In this document: positions 1 through 8,177 of the stretch, piece by piece | Position numbering within the stretch: position 1 is the stretch's first letter | Layout: the number at the start of each line of letters is the position of its first letter | Notes under the pieces: generated by a model | Told to the model about the DNA's origin: nothing | The model's database searches: none | What the model saw: only the letters and a program-made list of their open reading frames with translations | Translations under genes and position numbers: made by a program | DNA from: Methanocaldococcus jannaschii DSM 2661 | Lineage (GTDB): Archaea; AGJL01; Methanococci; Methanococcales; Methanocaldococcaceae | Reading direction: 5' to 3' | NCBI RefSeq assembly: GCF_000091665.1 | Contig: NC_000909.1 | Location: forward strand, 1,192,961 to 1,224,960 | Length of the DNA: 32,000 nucleotides

Positions 1-9
1 TGTGAGATT

Positions 10-771
10 ATGAAGATAAAGATTGGCAAAGTTGAAAAAAGATTAAATCAAATTATTGAAGAGGAAGGAGCTGTCTATTTAACTCTATTAGACCCAGAAG
101 AAGAAAATATTGAAGAGATAGCTGAAAATGTTAAGGATTATGCAGATGCAATAATGGTTGGAGGAAGTATTGGAATTGTTAATTTAGATGAAACAGTTAA
201 AAAAATAAAAAAGATAACTAAGCTCCCAATAATTCTATTCCCTGGAAATGTTGATGGATTGTCAAGATATGCTGACGCTGTGTTTTACATGAGCCTAATG
301 AACTCAGCAAACACTTATTGGGTTGTAACAGCCCCAACTTTAGGGGCGATAACAATTTTAAAATATAATTTAGAGCCAATTCCAATGGCTTATCTCTGCA
401 TAGAACCAGCAAAAAAAACAGCCGTTGGTTATGTTGGGGAGATTAGAGAGATACCTCAAAACAAACCAAAAATAACTGCAATGTATTGTTTATCTGCAAA
501 GTTCTTTGGAATGAGATGGGCTTATTTAGAGGCTGGTAGTGGGGCATCTTACCCAGTAAACAATGAGACTATAGCCTTATCAAAAAAACTCTCTGGAATT
601 AATATAATTGTTGGTGGAGGAATTAGAAAGCCAGAGATTGCCTATGAGAAAGTTTTAGCTGGAGCTGATGCTATAGTTACTGGTAATTTGTTGGAAGAGA
701 ATCCTAAAGCTGTTGAGATGATGTATGATGCTATTAAAAAAGCTGGAAAAGAGAAATTGAAAAATAAGTAA
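10..771 (+). CDS. Geranylgeranylglyceryl phosphate synthase (GGGPS/PcrB family, archaeal ether-lipid synthesis)
   Basis: 253-aa ORF. It has TIM-barrel phosphate-binding motifs typical of the PcrB/GGGPS family (IMVGGSIG, YLEAGSGA, IIVGGGIR). The ATG at position 10 opens the ORF. Confidence 0.85.
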   Translation: MKIKIGKVEKRLNQIIEEEGAVYLTLLDPEEENIEEIAENVKDYADAIMVGGSIGIVNLDETVKKIKKITKLPIILFPGNVDGLSRYADAVFYMSLMNSANTYWVVTAPTLGAITILKYNLEPIPMAYLCIEPAKKTAVGYVGEIREIPQNKPKITAMYCLSAKFFGMRWAYLEAGSGASYPVNNETIALSKKLSGINIIVGGGIRKPEIAYEKVLAGADAIVTGNLLEENPKAVEMMYDAIKKAGKEKLKNK

Positions 772-785
772 AAGAATTTAAACGG

Positions 786-1487
786 TTATCTATTTTTTAC
801 CTTTTTCGCAACAAATCCAATGTATGATGCAAAGTTTTTTAAAAAGCTTTTGTAAATAAATTTATCTAATGGAGAATTGGTAATATTTGTCCCAAATGTA
901 TAAACTACCTCAAAACCTTCTTTTTTTAAGGCATCTTCAACCTCCTTAAAATCATAGAATCTTGTTTTTACTTTTATTTTTTCTCCATCAATTACTTTTG
1001 TTATTGTTCCTTTTCTTTTTTTCATGGCATTTTTTACCTTTTTAAAATTTCCTTTTAAAATGTTTTTTATAATCCATTTTATATCGTAGATGTTTGCCAC
1101 AGTGAATATAAAAATTCCATCATCCTTTAAAACCCTATTAACTTCTCTTAAAGCTCTCTTTAAATTACAATGATTTAAAGCTCCAAAGAAAGATATTGCC
1201 TTATCAAAACTCTTATTTTTAAATGGGAGAAATTCAGCATTAGCAACAACTACTGGCTTATTTGTTTTATTTTTTGCTATTTTAGCCATTTCTAATGATA
1301 TATCTAAACCAACTGCATTATTTAAAATTTTTAACTGCTCTCCAGTTCCGCAACCAATATCTAAGACAAAGTCACCATCTTTAATCTCTTTCTGTATAAT
1401 TTCCCTTTCCACAATCCTCATATACTTGTTTTTATATAGCTTATCATAACTCTTAGCCAACTTGTCATAATACTCTTTAATTCCCAT
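786..1487 (-). CDS. Class I SAM-dependent methyltransferase (substrate unknown)
   Basis: Motif I VLDIGCGTGEQ, followed by post-I/II-like segments (VGLDIS, FDKAISFFGALNH). I moved the start from the ORF-track 1541 to the ATG at 1487 (MGIKEYY...), which follows an SD-like CGTGAG. The 18 upstream codons (MCKAFCSCYSYHYHHREK) look non-genic. Confidence 0.8.
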   Translation of the reverse strand: MGIKEYYDKLAKSYDKLYKNKYMRIVEREIIQKEIKDGDFVLDIGCGTGEQLKILNNAVGLDISLEMAKIAKNKTNKPVVVANAEFLPFKNKSFDKAISFFGALNHCNLKRALREVNRVLKDDGIFIFTVANIYDIKWIIKNILKGNFKKVKNAMKKRKGTITKVIDGEKIKVKTRFYDFKEVEDALKKEGFEVVYTFGTNITNSPLDKFIYKSFLKNFASYIGFVAKKVKNR

Positions 1488-1505
1488 TTTCTCACGGTGA
1501 TGGTA

Positions 1506-2009
1506 ATGATAACTGTAGCAACTGCAGAATGCTTTACACATGCAAATATTGGCTTAACTATTCACAAGGCAGCAGCTGGTTATGAAGATTTTGAATTTAA
1601 GTATTTATTTAGTGAGGAGGATTTAAAATTAATGAAAAATGTTAGAGTTATATCTGCCATGTTTGTTCCTTCTATTATTGGAGTAGAAAAACTTTTGGAT
1701 ATAAAGCTTCCAGAGCCAGATTTTAATTATAAATATGCAAAAGCATATAGCGAAGAGAAAGATTTGGAAGTTGCTAAGTTGATGGCAGAGGGGTTAAAGA
1801 AAAAGCTTAATGTTAATATATCCATTGGTTCCACAGCTGGTGTTGGGAGGGGAGCTATTTGTATATTAACCGATAATAACCGCTATTTATTTACTTCAGA
1901 TGTTTATGCCAATTTAATAACTTTTGAAAATATTAAAGAGAGGCAAAAAAATGGTATTGAGAAGGGAATAAAAAGGTTTTTAGAGATTTTAAAAAAAGAG
2001 TATTTTTAA
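1506..2009 (+). CDS. Conserved archaeal protein, UPF0254-type (distant CinA/PncC C-terminal-domain-like motif)
   Basis: The ORF begins MITVATAECFTHANIG..., which resembles the (A)ESCTGG N-terminal motif of CinA-C/PncC-like domains. GGTGA at 1496-1500 lies 5 nt before the ATG at 1506; alternative starts are 1497 and 1500. Confidence 0.6.
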   Translation: MITVATAECFTHANIGLTIHKAAAGYEDFEFKYLFSEEDLKLMKNVRVISAMFVPSIIGVEKLLDIKLPEPDFNYKYAKAYSEEKDLEVAKLMAEGLKKKLNVNISIGSTAGVGRGAICILTDNNRYLFTSDVYANLITFENIKERQKNGIEKGIKRFLEILKKEYF

Positions 2010-2017
2010 ATATTTAA

Positions 2018-2866
2018 TTAAATCTTCTTTGCTCTATATTCAGTTATGTAGTATTTTAATATTCCAGCATTCAATAGCCAAGTGTTTATAATGTCAGCAA
2101 TTAAAGCCAAAATTAAGACAGTTGCTATATTTGCCAGTATATCTGCTACTGGAATGAAGAGCTTTACAACAATTAATAATATTAGCATAGCAGTGATTGT
2201 TGTTAATGTCATTGTTAAACCTGTTTTCATAGCCTCTTTAACAGTTTCATCAAAGCTCTTTGTTAATCTCTTTAGAACTCTTGTTGTTAGCAGTATATCT
2301 GAATCTACACTGTAACCAATAACCATTAATAAAGCCGCTATAGTTGCAGAGGAAAGCTCAATTCCTAATAAGCTCATAGCCCCTAAAGCCATAATTATAT
2401 CTGAAAGTGCAGATAATATTATAGCACCACTTGGCACTGGATTTCTGAAATATAGATAAACTACAATAGCCATAAACATAAATGCAAATCCAACAGCTTT
2501 AAATCCTTCTTCAAAGAATTTAGAGCTTAAAGTAGCCCCAATCGTCTTTTCAGAATAATTTAACTTATCTAAGCTATCCACGTGGAAAAATTCCTTAATT
2601 TTCTGCTTTACAATATCTACATCTTCATTCTTACATCTAATGACTATGTAATATCCATCAGCTGATTCTAATTTTTTTACTTCAGCTATTCCATTAAGTG
2701 ACTCTTTTAGAGGAGTTATATCCATGTTTTCATTTACTTTAATTGTTATTTCTGTCCCTCCAGTTATATCTATACTTTTTGGAATCCCTTTAAAACCAAT
2801 TAACAAAATTGAAAGTATAAGAAGGGCTATTGGAATAGCTATAGACACTTTATAATCTTTTATCAT
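2018..2866 (-). CDS. secF: Protein-export membrane protein SecF
   Basis: 282 aa. An N-terminal TM segment is followed by a periplasmic-type domain (IDITGGTEITIKV) and a C-terminal bundle of about five TM helices, as in archaeal SecF. No secD is adjacent in this window. Confidence 0.8.
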   Translation of the reverse strand: MIKDYKVSIAIPIALLILSILLIGFKGIPKSIDITGGTEITIKVNENMDITPLKESLNGIAEVKKLESADGYYIVIRCKNEDVDIVKQKIKEFFHVDSLDKLNYSEKTIGATLSSKFFEEGFKAVGFAFMFMAIVVYLYFRNPVPSGAIILSALSDIIMALGAMSLLGIELSSATIAALLMVIGYSVDSDILLTTRVLKRLTKSFDETVKEAMKTGLTMTLTTITAMLILLIVVKLFIPVADILANIATVLILALIADIINTWLLNAGILKYYITEYRAKKI

Positions 2867-2927
2867 TTTTCCAACCCCATTAATTAATGTATATATTATA
2901 TTATTGAAAGGTATTTTTTAATAGAGA

Positions 2928-2950
2928 TATTTGCAGAGGCTCTGCAAATA
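2928..2950. promoter_or_regulatory. Perfect 23-bp palindrome TATTTGCAGAG-G-CTCTGCAAATA in the divergent secF / wHTH-gene spacer
   Basis: Read directly from the sequence: 11-bp arms are exact reverse complements around a single central G at 2939. A role as an operator is inference only. Confidence 0.4.
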
Positions 2951-2960
2951 CCATCCAAAG

Positions 2961-3073
2961 TATGTTCTTTGCAAAGTTATTTAAATTAACTAAGGATGAT
3001 TAAACTCCCTCTAAGAAGGAGTTCATTATATTGATTGCCTTTTTATTCTATAAATGTTTTGCAAAGAACTATA
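2961..3073 (+). repeat. Palindromic intergenic element, copy A (MJRE-like)
   Basis: The left arm TATGTTCTTTGCAAAG (2961-2976) pairs with the right arm TTTTGCAAAGAACTATA (3057-3073), with one indel and one mismatch. TAAGGA lies at 2991-2996. The central hairpin is AACTCC (3003-3008) / GGAGTT (3018-3023). Confidence 0.7.
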
Positions 3074-3132
3074 AGATAAATTTTTTATATAAAAACAGTA
3101 GTTATATAAATACAAATACTTTATGGTTGAAG

Positions 3133-4440
3133 GTGATATATATTAAAACAAAAGATGTTATTATTTTTTTATTATTATTTTTTGTGGCTTTTAATGTATC
3201 TTCAGCTTATGTAATTAAGAATCTAAATATTGATTGCATTGTAACTCCAGACGATACAATAAACGAAACAATAAGTTTTGTTATATATAACAATGAAGAC
3301 AAAAACCTATCTCATATATCATATACAATTCCTCAAACCATAAGAAATTTTACAATAAATGCATCAGCAGGAGTAAAGGGATACAGTGCTTTATACAATG
3401 AAGGAGTTACAGAAATCGCTATTGAATTTGAAAAACCAATACCTAAAGGAGGTTATACAAATATAACTATTAATTGTTTTGTTAATGATGCAATATGGAC
3501 AAAAAATGGAATTAAGCAACTTATACTGAGCTTCCCCATTACCTCAAAAAATGCAACCATTAAAATAGTTCTCCCACCAGGGGCAGTTATTCTCTCCCCT
3601 CAAGGAACTTTACTTGTAACGCCTTCTGGCTATAAAATAACTACCGACGGAAAACATCAAATTATTGTATGGGATTTGTCTTTAAATAAGGAAATAACTT
3701 TCACAATTACTGTGAAATACACTTTCATATCATATCCTGGACAAAATATCATAGAACAGCCAGCCATTAACAATAATTTGAAATATCTCCTAATAATCGC
3801 AATATTTGGAACAGCAATATTTGGAGGATTATTTGTTAAGGAAAAAATTTCTAAAAGGAAGATTATAGAAAGAACTAAAAATATAAAAAATGAATTAACC
3901 TCCTTAAAAAATAAATTAAAAGAAAAAGAAGAAGAAATCAAAAACTTAGCAATAAAAATAAAAGATTTGGAAGATAAATTAAGTAAGGCTAATAAAAACT
4001 TGCTAAATAAAGATGAGATTATTAGTGTTCTAAATGAAAGGATTTCAGAATATGAAAGTCAAATACAAAAACTTTTAGATGAAAATATAATATATAAAGA
4101 AAAAATTGAATCATTAAATAAATATATCGAAACATTAAAGAAAGAAAATGATAAGCTAAAAGATAAGGTTAGAGAGTTAAGTGATATTGCAAAAAAATAC
4201 ATGGAAGAAAAAAGAGGAGTATTATGGAGCTTTTTAACTGAAGATGAAAAAATTATAATCGATTTAATAAAAAAACATGGACATATTACTCAAAAAGAAA
4301 TTGTTGAAATTACTGGAATGAGCAAACCAAAGGTTTCGAGAATTATCTCCGAATTAGAAGATAGAAAAATAATAAGGAAAGAAAAAATAGGACGAATCAA
4401 TAAATTAACCCTTACAGAAGAGAGTAAGAAGTTATTATAA
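3133..4440 (+). CDS. Membrane-tethered winged-helix (MarR/TrmB-like) protein with ectodomain and coiled coil
   Basis: The ORF is open from 3031 (TTG), but its first ~30 codons overlap repeat copy A. I propose the GTG at 3133 (or TTG at 3127), embedded in AAGGTGAT, which gives a signal-peptide-like N-terminus ([24 protein letters not shown]). The layout is a ~200-aa ectodomain with six N-x-S/T sequons, a TM helix ([18 protein letters not shown]), a K/E/L-rich heptad region, and a C-terminal wHTH ([37 protein letters not shown]). Confidence 0.6.
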
Positions 4441-4466
4441 CCCATTTAAAAATTTTGGGTGAAAAC

Positions 4467-5651
4467 ATGAAAATTCTAATCTCAGTATGTGGGGAGGGTT
4501 TTGGACATACAACGAGATGTGTCGCAATTGGTGAAGCATTGAAAAATGATTACGAAATCTCTTACATTGCCTATGGAAAAAGCAAAAATTTCATTGAAAA
4601 ATATGGATTTAAAGTTTTTGAAACCTTTCCAGAGATAAAACTTAAAGGAAAGGATGGAAAATTTGACATAACCTCAAGTATATTGAATAAAGAATACAGC
4701 CCAAAAAAAGCCATTAGAAGAGAAATTAATATTATAAGAGAATATAATCCTGATTTGATAATTTCTGATTGTAAATATAGCACAGTTGTAGCTGCAAAGC
4801 TTTTAAAAAAGCCAGTTATTTGCATAAGTAATCAAAACTACACGAGATATAAATTAAAAACTGATTTAATAGTTTATCCAACAATGAAAGCTCTAAACAT
4901 TATAAATGAGAGATGTGAAAGATTTATTGTTCCTGATTTTCCTTTACCCTATACCATATGTGAATACAACCTAAAAATTATAAAAAATATGGAATTTATT
5001 GGGCCGTTAATTAGATACGATGTTGATGATGTTGATAATTATGGAGAAGATTATATATTAAGCGTTATTGGTGGTTTTGAGTATAGATATAAAATCCTTG
5101 AAGAACTTGGAAAAATTGCTTTAAAAAATAACCTAAATGTTAAACTTGTATGTGGAAGTTATGAAGTTGCTAAAAAACTAATGAGAGATTTAAACTTAAA
5201 CTCTTATAAAAATGAAAATGTAGAAATAATTCCAATAACAACAAATATGAAAGAGCTTATAAAAAACGCTGAACTTATTGTATCCCATGGTGGGCATTCA
5301 ACAATAATGGAAGCCCTATCATTTGGAAAACCATTAATTGTCATTCCAGATTTAGACCATCCAGAGCAAGGAAATAATGCCAAAAAAGTCCATGATTTGG
5401 GTTGTGGAATAGCTTTATCTTATAAAGAGTTATATAGATTAGAAGAGGCAATTTTAGACATAAGAAATATGAAGATGTATAAAAGAAACGCTTCAAAAAT
5501 GAAAGAACTTGCAAAAAAATATGATGGAAAGAAAAATATTAAAAAAATAATAGATGAATTTTTTGAAACAAGAAAAAATATAAGAAAATACTACTTAACT
5601 GATAGAATAGCTAATAAGTTAATTAATAAATTCAAGCTAAAGATTAGGTGA
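4467..5651 (+). CDS. GT-B fold glycosyltransferase (MurG/UDP-glycosyltransferase-like)
   Basis: N-terminal [11 protein letters not shown] and C-terminal [23 protein letters not shown] nucleotide-sugar-binding motifs. GGGTGA precedes the ATG at 4467 by 4 nt. The ORF-track start at 4455 is a TTG inside the RBS. Confidence 0.75.
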
Positions 5652-5656
5652 TATTT

Positions 5657-6583
5657 GTGATTACTGTATTGTCAGGAGGAACTGGGACACCAAAGTTATT
5701 GCAGGGTTTAAAAAGGGTTGTTAATAATGAAGAGTTGGCTGTTATTGTTAATACTGGTGAAGATACTTGGATAGGAGATTTATATCTATCTCCTGATGTT
5801 GATACCGTTCTATATACCTTAGCAGATTTGATTAATGAAGAGACATGGTATGGGGTTAAGGAAGATACTTTTTATACTCATGAGCAATTAAAAAATCTTG
5901 GATTTGATGAAGTTTTAAGGATAGGGGATAAAGATAGAGCCTTAAAAATGCATAAAACTTATTATTTAAAGAGGGGACATAAACTCTCAGAAGTTGTAGA
6001 TATGGAGAAAGTAGCTTTGGGGATTAAAGCTAAAGTAATCCCAATGACTGATGATAGGGTTGAGACAAAAATTTTAGCAAAAGTTGATGGAAAGGTTGAT
6101 TTATTAAAGTTTCATGACTTCTGGGTTAAGAGAAAGGGGGACGTTGAGGTTTTAGATGTTATTTATGAAAACTCTCTATATGCTAAACCTTGTGAAAAGG
6201 CAGTTGAGGCCATAAAAAATAGTGACCTTGTTATTATAGGGCCCTCAAATCCAATAACTTCCATAGGTCCAATTTTAAGTTTAAATGGAATTAAAGAGCT
6301 ATTAAAAGATAAAAAGGTTGTGGTTGTTTCGCCAATAGTTGGAAATTCTGCTGTTTCAGGTCCTGCGGGTAAATTAATGAAAGCTAAAGGTTATGATGTC
6401 TCTGTTAAAGGGATTTATGAGTTCTATAAAGACATAGTTGATGTTTTAGTAATAGATAATGTTGATAAAGAGATAGCTAAAGAAATACCTTGTGAGGTTT
6501 TAATAACCAACACAATTATGAAAACATTGGATGATAAAGTTAGATTAGCTAAAAATATTATTGAGTTCTGTGGGTCTTTATGA
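5657..6583 (+). CDS. cofD: 2-phospho-L-lactate transferase CofD (coenzyme F420 biosynthesis)
   Basis: N-terminal VLSGGTGTPKLLQGL and overall CofD/YvcK-family features (IIGPSNPITSIGPIL). AGGTGA at 5646-5651 (overlapping the upstream stop codon) favours the GTG at 5657; GTG 5648 is the alternative. Confidence 0.85.
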   Translation: MITVLSGGTGTPKLLQGLKRVVNNEELAVIVNTGEDTWIGDLYLSPDVDTVLYTLADLINEETWYGVKEDTFYTHEQLKNLGFDEVLRIGDKDRALKMHKTYYLKRGHKLSEVVDMEKVALGIKAKVIPMTDDRVETKILAKVDGKVDLLKFHDFWVKRKGDVEVLDVIYENSLYAKPCEKAVEAIKNSDLVIIGPSNPITSIGPILSLNGIKELLKDKKVVVVSPIVGNSAVSGPAGKLMKAKGYDVSVKGIYEFYKDIVDVLVIDNVDKEIAKEIPCEVLITNTIMKTLDDKVRLAKNIIEFCGSL

Positions 6584-7629
6584 AGCCGGTAGCTTTAGTT
6601 ACAACAAAACCAGGATTTGAGCCACAATTAAGAGAGGAGCTAAATAAATTACCAATAAAAAAGAAAATTCTCTGGACACCATTTAGAGGAATTTTAAAAG
6701 TTTTGTCTCAAAATCCTTATGAATTTTTAAATATTATCAAAGAAAATAAAAATAATTTAAAATTTTCACTAAGGATAATTCCATTGGAAATAGGATGCCA
6801 AACAGACATTAATGAGATAAAAAAAGCCATCTCTTTTTTAATCAATAAAAAGAAAGAAAAATTAAAAAATAAATCTTTCGTAGTTAGATGCAACAGAAGA
6901 GGAAATCACGAATTTACAAGTGAAGAACTTGAAAGAATAATTGGAGAATATGTATTAGAAAATTTTAAAGATTTAAATCTTAGAGTTAATCTAAAAGATT
7001 GGGATTTTAAAATAAATATTGAGATTCTGCAGGATGAGAGCTATATCTCAATATTTCAGGATGAATTTAATGAACTTGTTATTGAAGAAAACATAAAAAA
7101 CTTAAAAAACCTAAAGAGATATATTGAAAGACCATTAAATCGCTCAGAGAGAAAAATGCAGGAGTTGATGGAGAAATTTCCATTTATATTTGAAAACATA
7201 AACTGCGTTGTAGATATTGGCTCCTCTCCTGGTGGATGGGCGAAGATGTTATCAAAAAAGGCTAAAAAGGTTTATGCTATAGACACAGGAGAATTAAAAA
7301 TAAAAGCAAATAATATAATCCATATAAAAAAGAGGGCTGAGAACGTAGATTTTGAAAAAGATATCAACGAAGAAATTGATTTGATAACCAATGACACTAA
7401 TCTATATCCTGATGAATCCCTCTTCTTAACACTAAAATTTGCAAAACATTTAAAAACTAATGGTTATATAATTCATACATTAAAAGCAAGGAATTTGAAA
7501 ACTAAAAAAGAGGATTTAGAGAAAGTGTTAAAAATCCTAAGCTATTATAGAAATATAAAAATATTCAAAATAATTAATTTAAGAGCCAATACTAAAAATG
7601 AACTCACATTGATACTCAAAAAAGTATAG
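6580..7629 (+). CDS. THUMP-like domain fused to an FtsJ/RlmM-type RNA 2'-O-ribose methyltransferase
   Basis: The N-terminal ~170 aa have a THUMP-like pattern (VALVTTKPGFEPQLREEL...FVVRCNRRGNHEFTSEELERIIG). The C-terminal domain carries the FtsJ motif VVDIGSSPGGWAKML and AIDTGEL. The ATG overlaps the cofD stop codon (ATGA). Confidence 0.55.
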   Translation: MKPVALVTTKPGFEPQLREELNKLPIKKKILWTPFRGILKVLSQNPYEFLNIIKENKNNLKFSLRIIPLEIGCQTDINEIKKAISFLINKKKEKLKNKSFVVRCNRRGNHEFTSEELERIIGEYVLENFKDLNLRVNLKDWDFKINIEILQDESYISIFQDEFNELVIEENIKNLKNLKRYIERPLNRSERKMQELMEKFPFIFENINCVVDIGSSPGGWAKMLSKKAKKVYAIDTGELKIKANNIIHIKKRAENVDFEKDINEEIDLITNDTNLYPDESLFLTLKFAKHLKTNGYIIHTLKARNLKTKKEDLEKVLKILSYYRNIKIFKIINLRANTKNELTLILKKV

Positions 7630-7653
7630 CAAAAATATTTAGGAATATCTCCG

Positions 7654-7668
7654 AAAAATATATATACT
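7654..7668 (+). promoter_or_regulatory. Putative BRE/TATA promoter of the histone gene
   Basis: AAAAATATATATAC lies about 45-55 nt upstream of the ATG at 7712, and GAGGTGG (RBS) is at 7701-7707. This is based on position and sequence only. Confidence 0.4.
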
Positions 7669-7711
7669 CCCATAATAAAAAATTGAAAATGTAAGATTCT
7701 GAGGTGGTATT

Positions 7712-7915
7712 ATGGCTGAGCTTCCAGTTGCACCATGTGTAAGAATCTTAAAGAAGGCTGGTGCTCAGAGAGTTAGTGAAGCGGCAGGGAAATACTTTGC
7801 TGAAGCTTTGGAAGAAATTGCCTTAGAGATAGCAAGGAAATCAGTTGATTTAGCTAAGCACGCAAAGAGAAAGACCGTAAAGGTCGAAGATGTAAAGGCA
7901 GCATTGAGAGGTTAA
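7712..7915 (+). CDS. Archaeal histone (HMf family)
   Basis: 67 aa with a histone fold: [25 protein letters not shown]...[18 protein letters not shown]. The RBS is strong. Confidence 0.95.
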   Translation: MAELPVAPCVRILKKAGAQRVSEAAGKYFAEALEEIALEIARKSVDLAKHAKRKTVKVEDVKAALRG

Positions 7916-7950
7916 GCCCAACTTACATTATATGTATAATATCACTACAC

Positions 7951-7964
7951 CTTTTTATTTTTTG
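7951..7964 (+). terminator. Oligo-T terminator candidate after the histone gene
   Basis: CTTTTTATTTTTTG lies 36 nt after the stop codon. Archaeal termination typically uses T-runs. Confidence 0.4.
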
Positions 7965-8012
7965 TGCATATTAATAGAAATATTTGAATATTTAGAACTA
8001 AATGGAATTAAA

Positions 8013-8118
8013 ATAGTTTTTTGCAAAACATTATTAAGATAAATAAGGCACACAATGAACGTCCCAAATAGGGCGTTCAAATATTCATATTTAATTTATA
8101 CCTTTTGCAAAAAACTAT
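8013..8118 (+). repeat. Palindromic intergenic element, copy B (MJRE-like)
   Basis: A perfect 16-bp inverted repeat: ATAGTTTTTTGCAAAA (8013-8028) / TTTTGCAAAAAACTAT (8103-8118). TAAGG lies at 8044-8048. The central hairpin TGAACG(T)CCC-AAATA-GGGCGTTCA spans 8056-8079. Confidence 0.75.
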
Positions 8119-8177
8119 AAATAGGGCTATTTTGTTTGATATTAATAACTCTTTTAAAGGATGGGGTTGGTGAGAAG

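Noticed and set aside
218-412. Short ORFs antisense to or overlapping well-supported genes: 218-412, 2082-2315, 3657-3941, 4571-4825, 8618-8884, 10478-10666, 11925-12131, 12772-13208, 13735-14022, 17876-18118, 20516-20779, 21966-22232, 22945-23133, 23427-23621, 23978-24232, 26024-26230 and 31164-31355.
   Set aside because: Each lies entirely within a longer ORF on the opposite strand that has clear family motifs. Their translations are low-complexity (Leu/Ser/Ile/Phe-rich), they lack RBS signals, and they are the shadow frames expected in AT-rich DNA.
8056-8080. GGGCGTTCAAAT resembles a tRNA T-arm (GGTTCAAAT).
   Set aside because: No acceptor, D-arm or anticodon-arm complement can be formed from the flanking AT-rich sequence. 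The motif is the 3' half of the central hairpin of repeat copy B.
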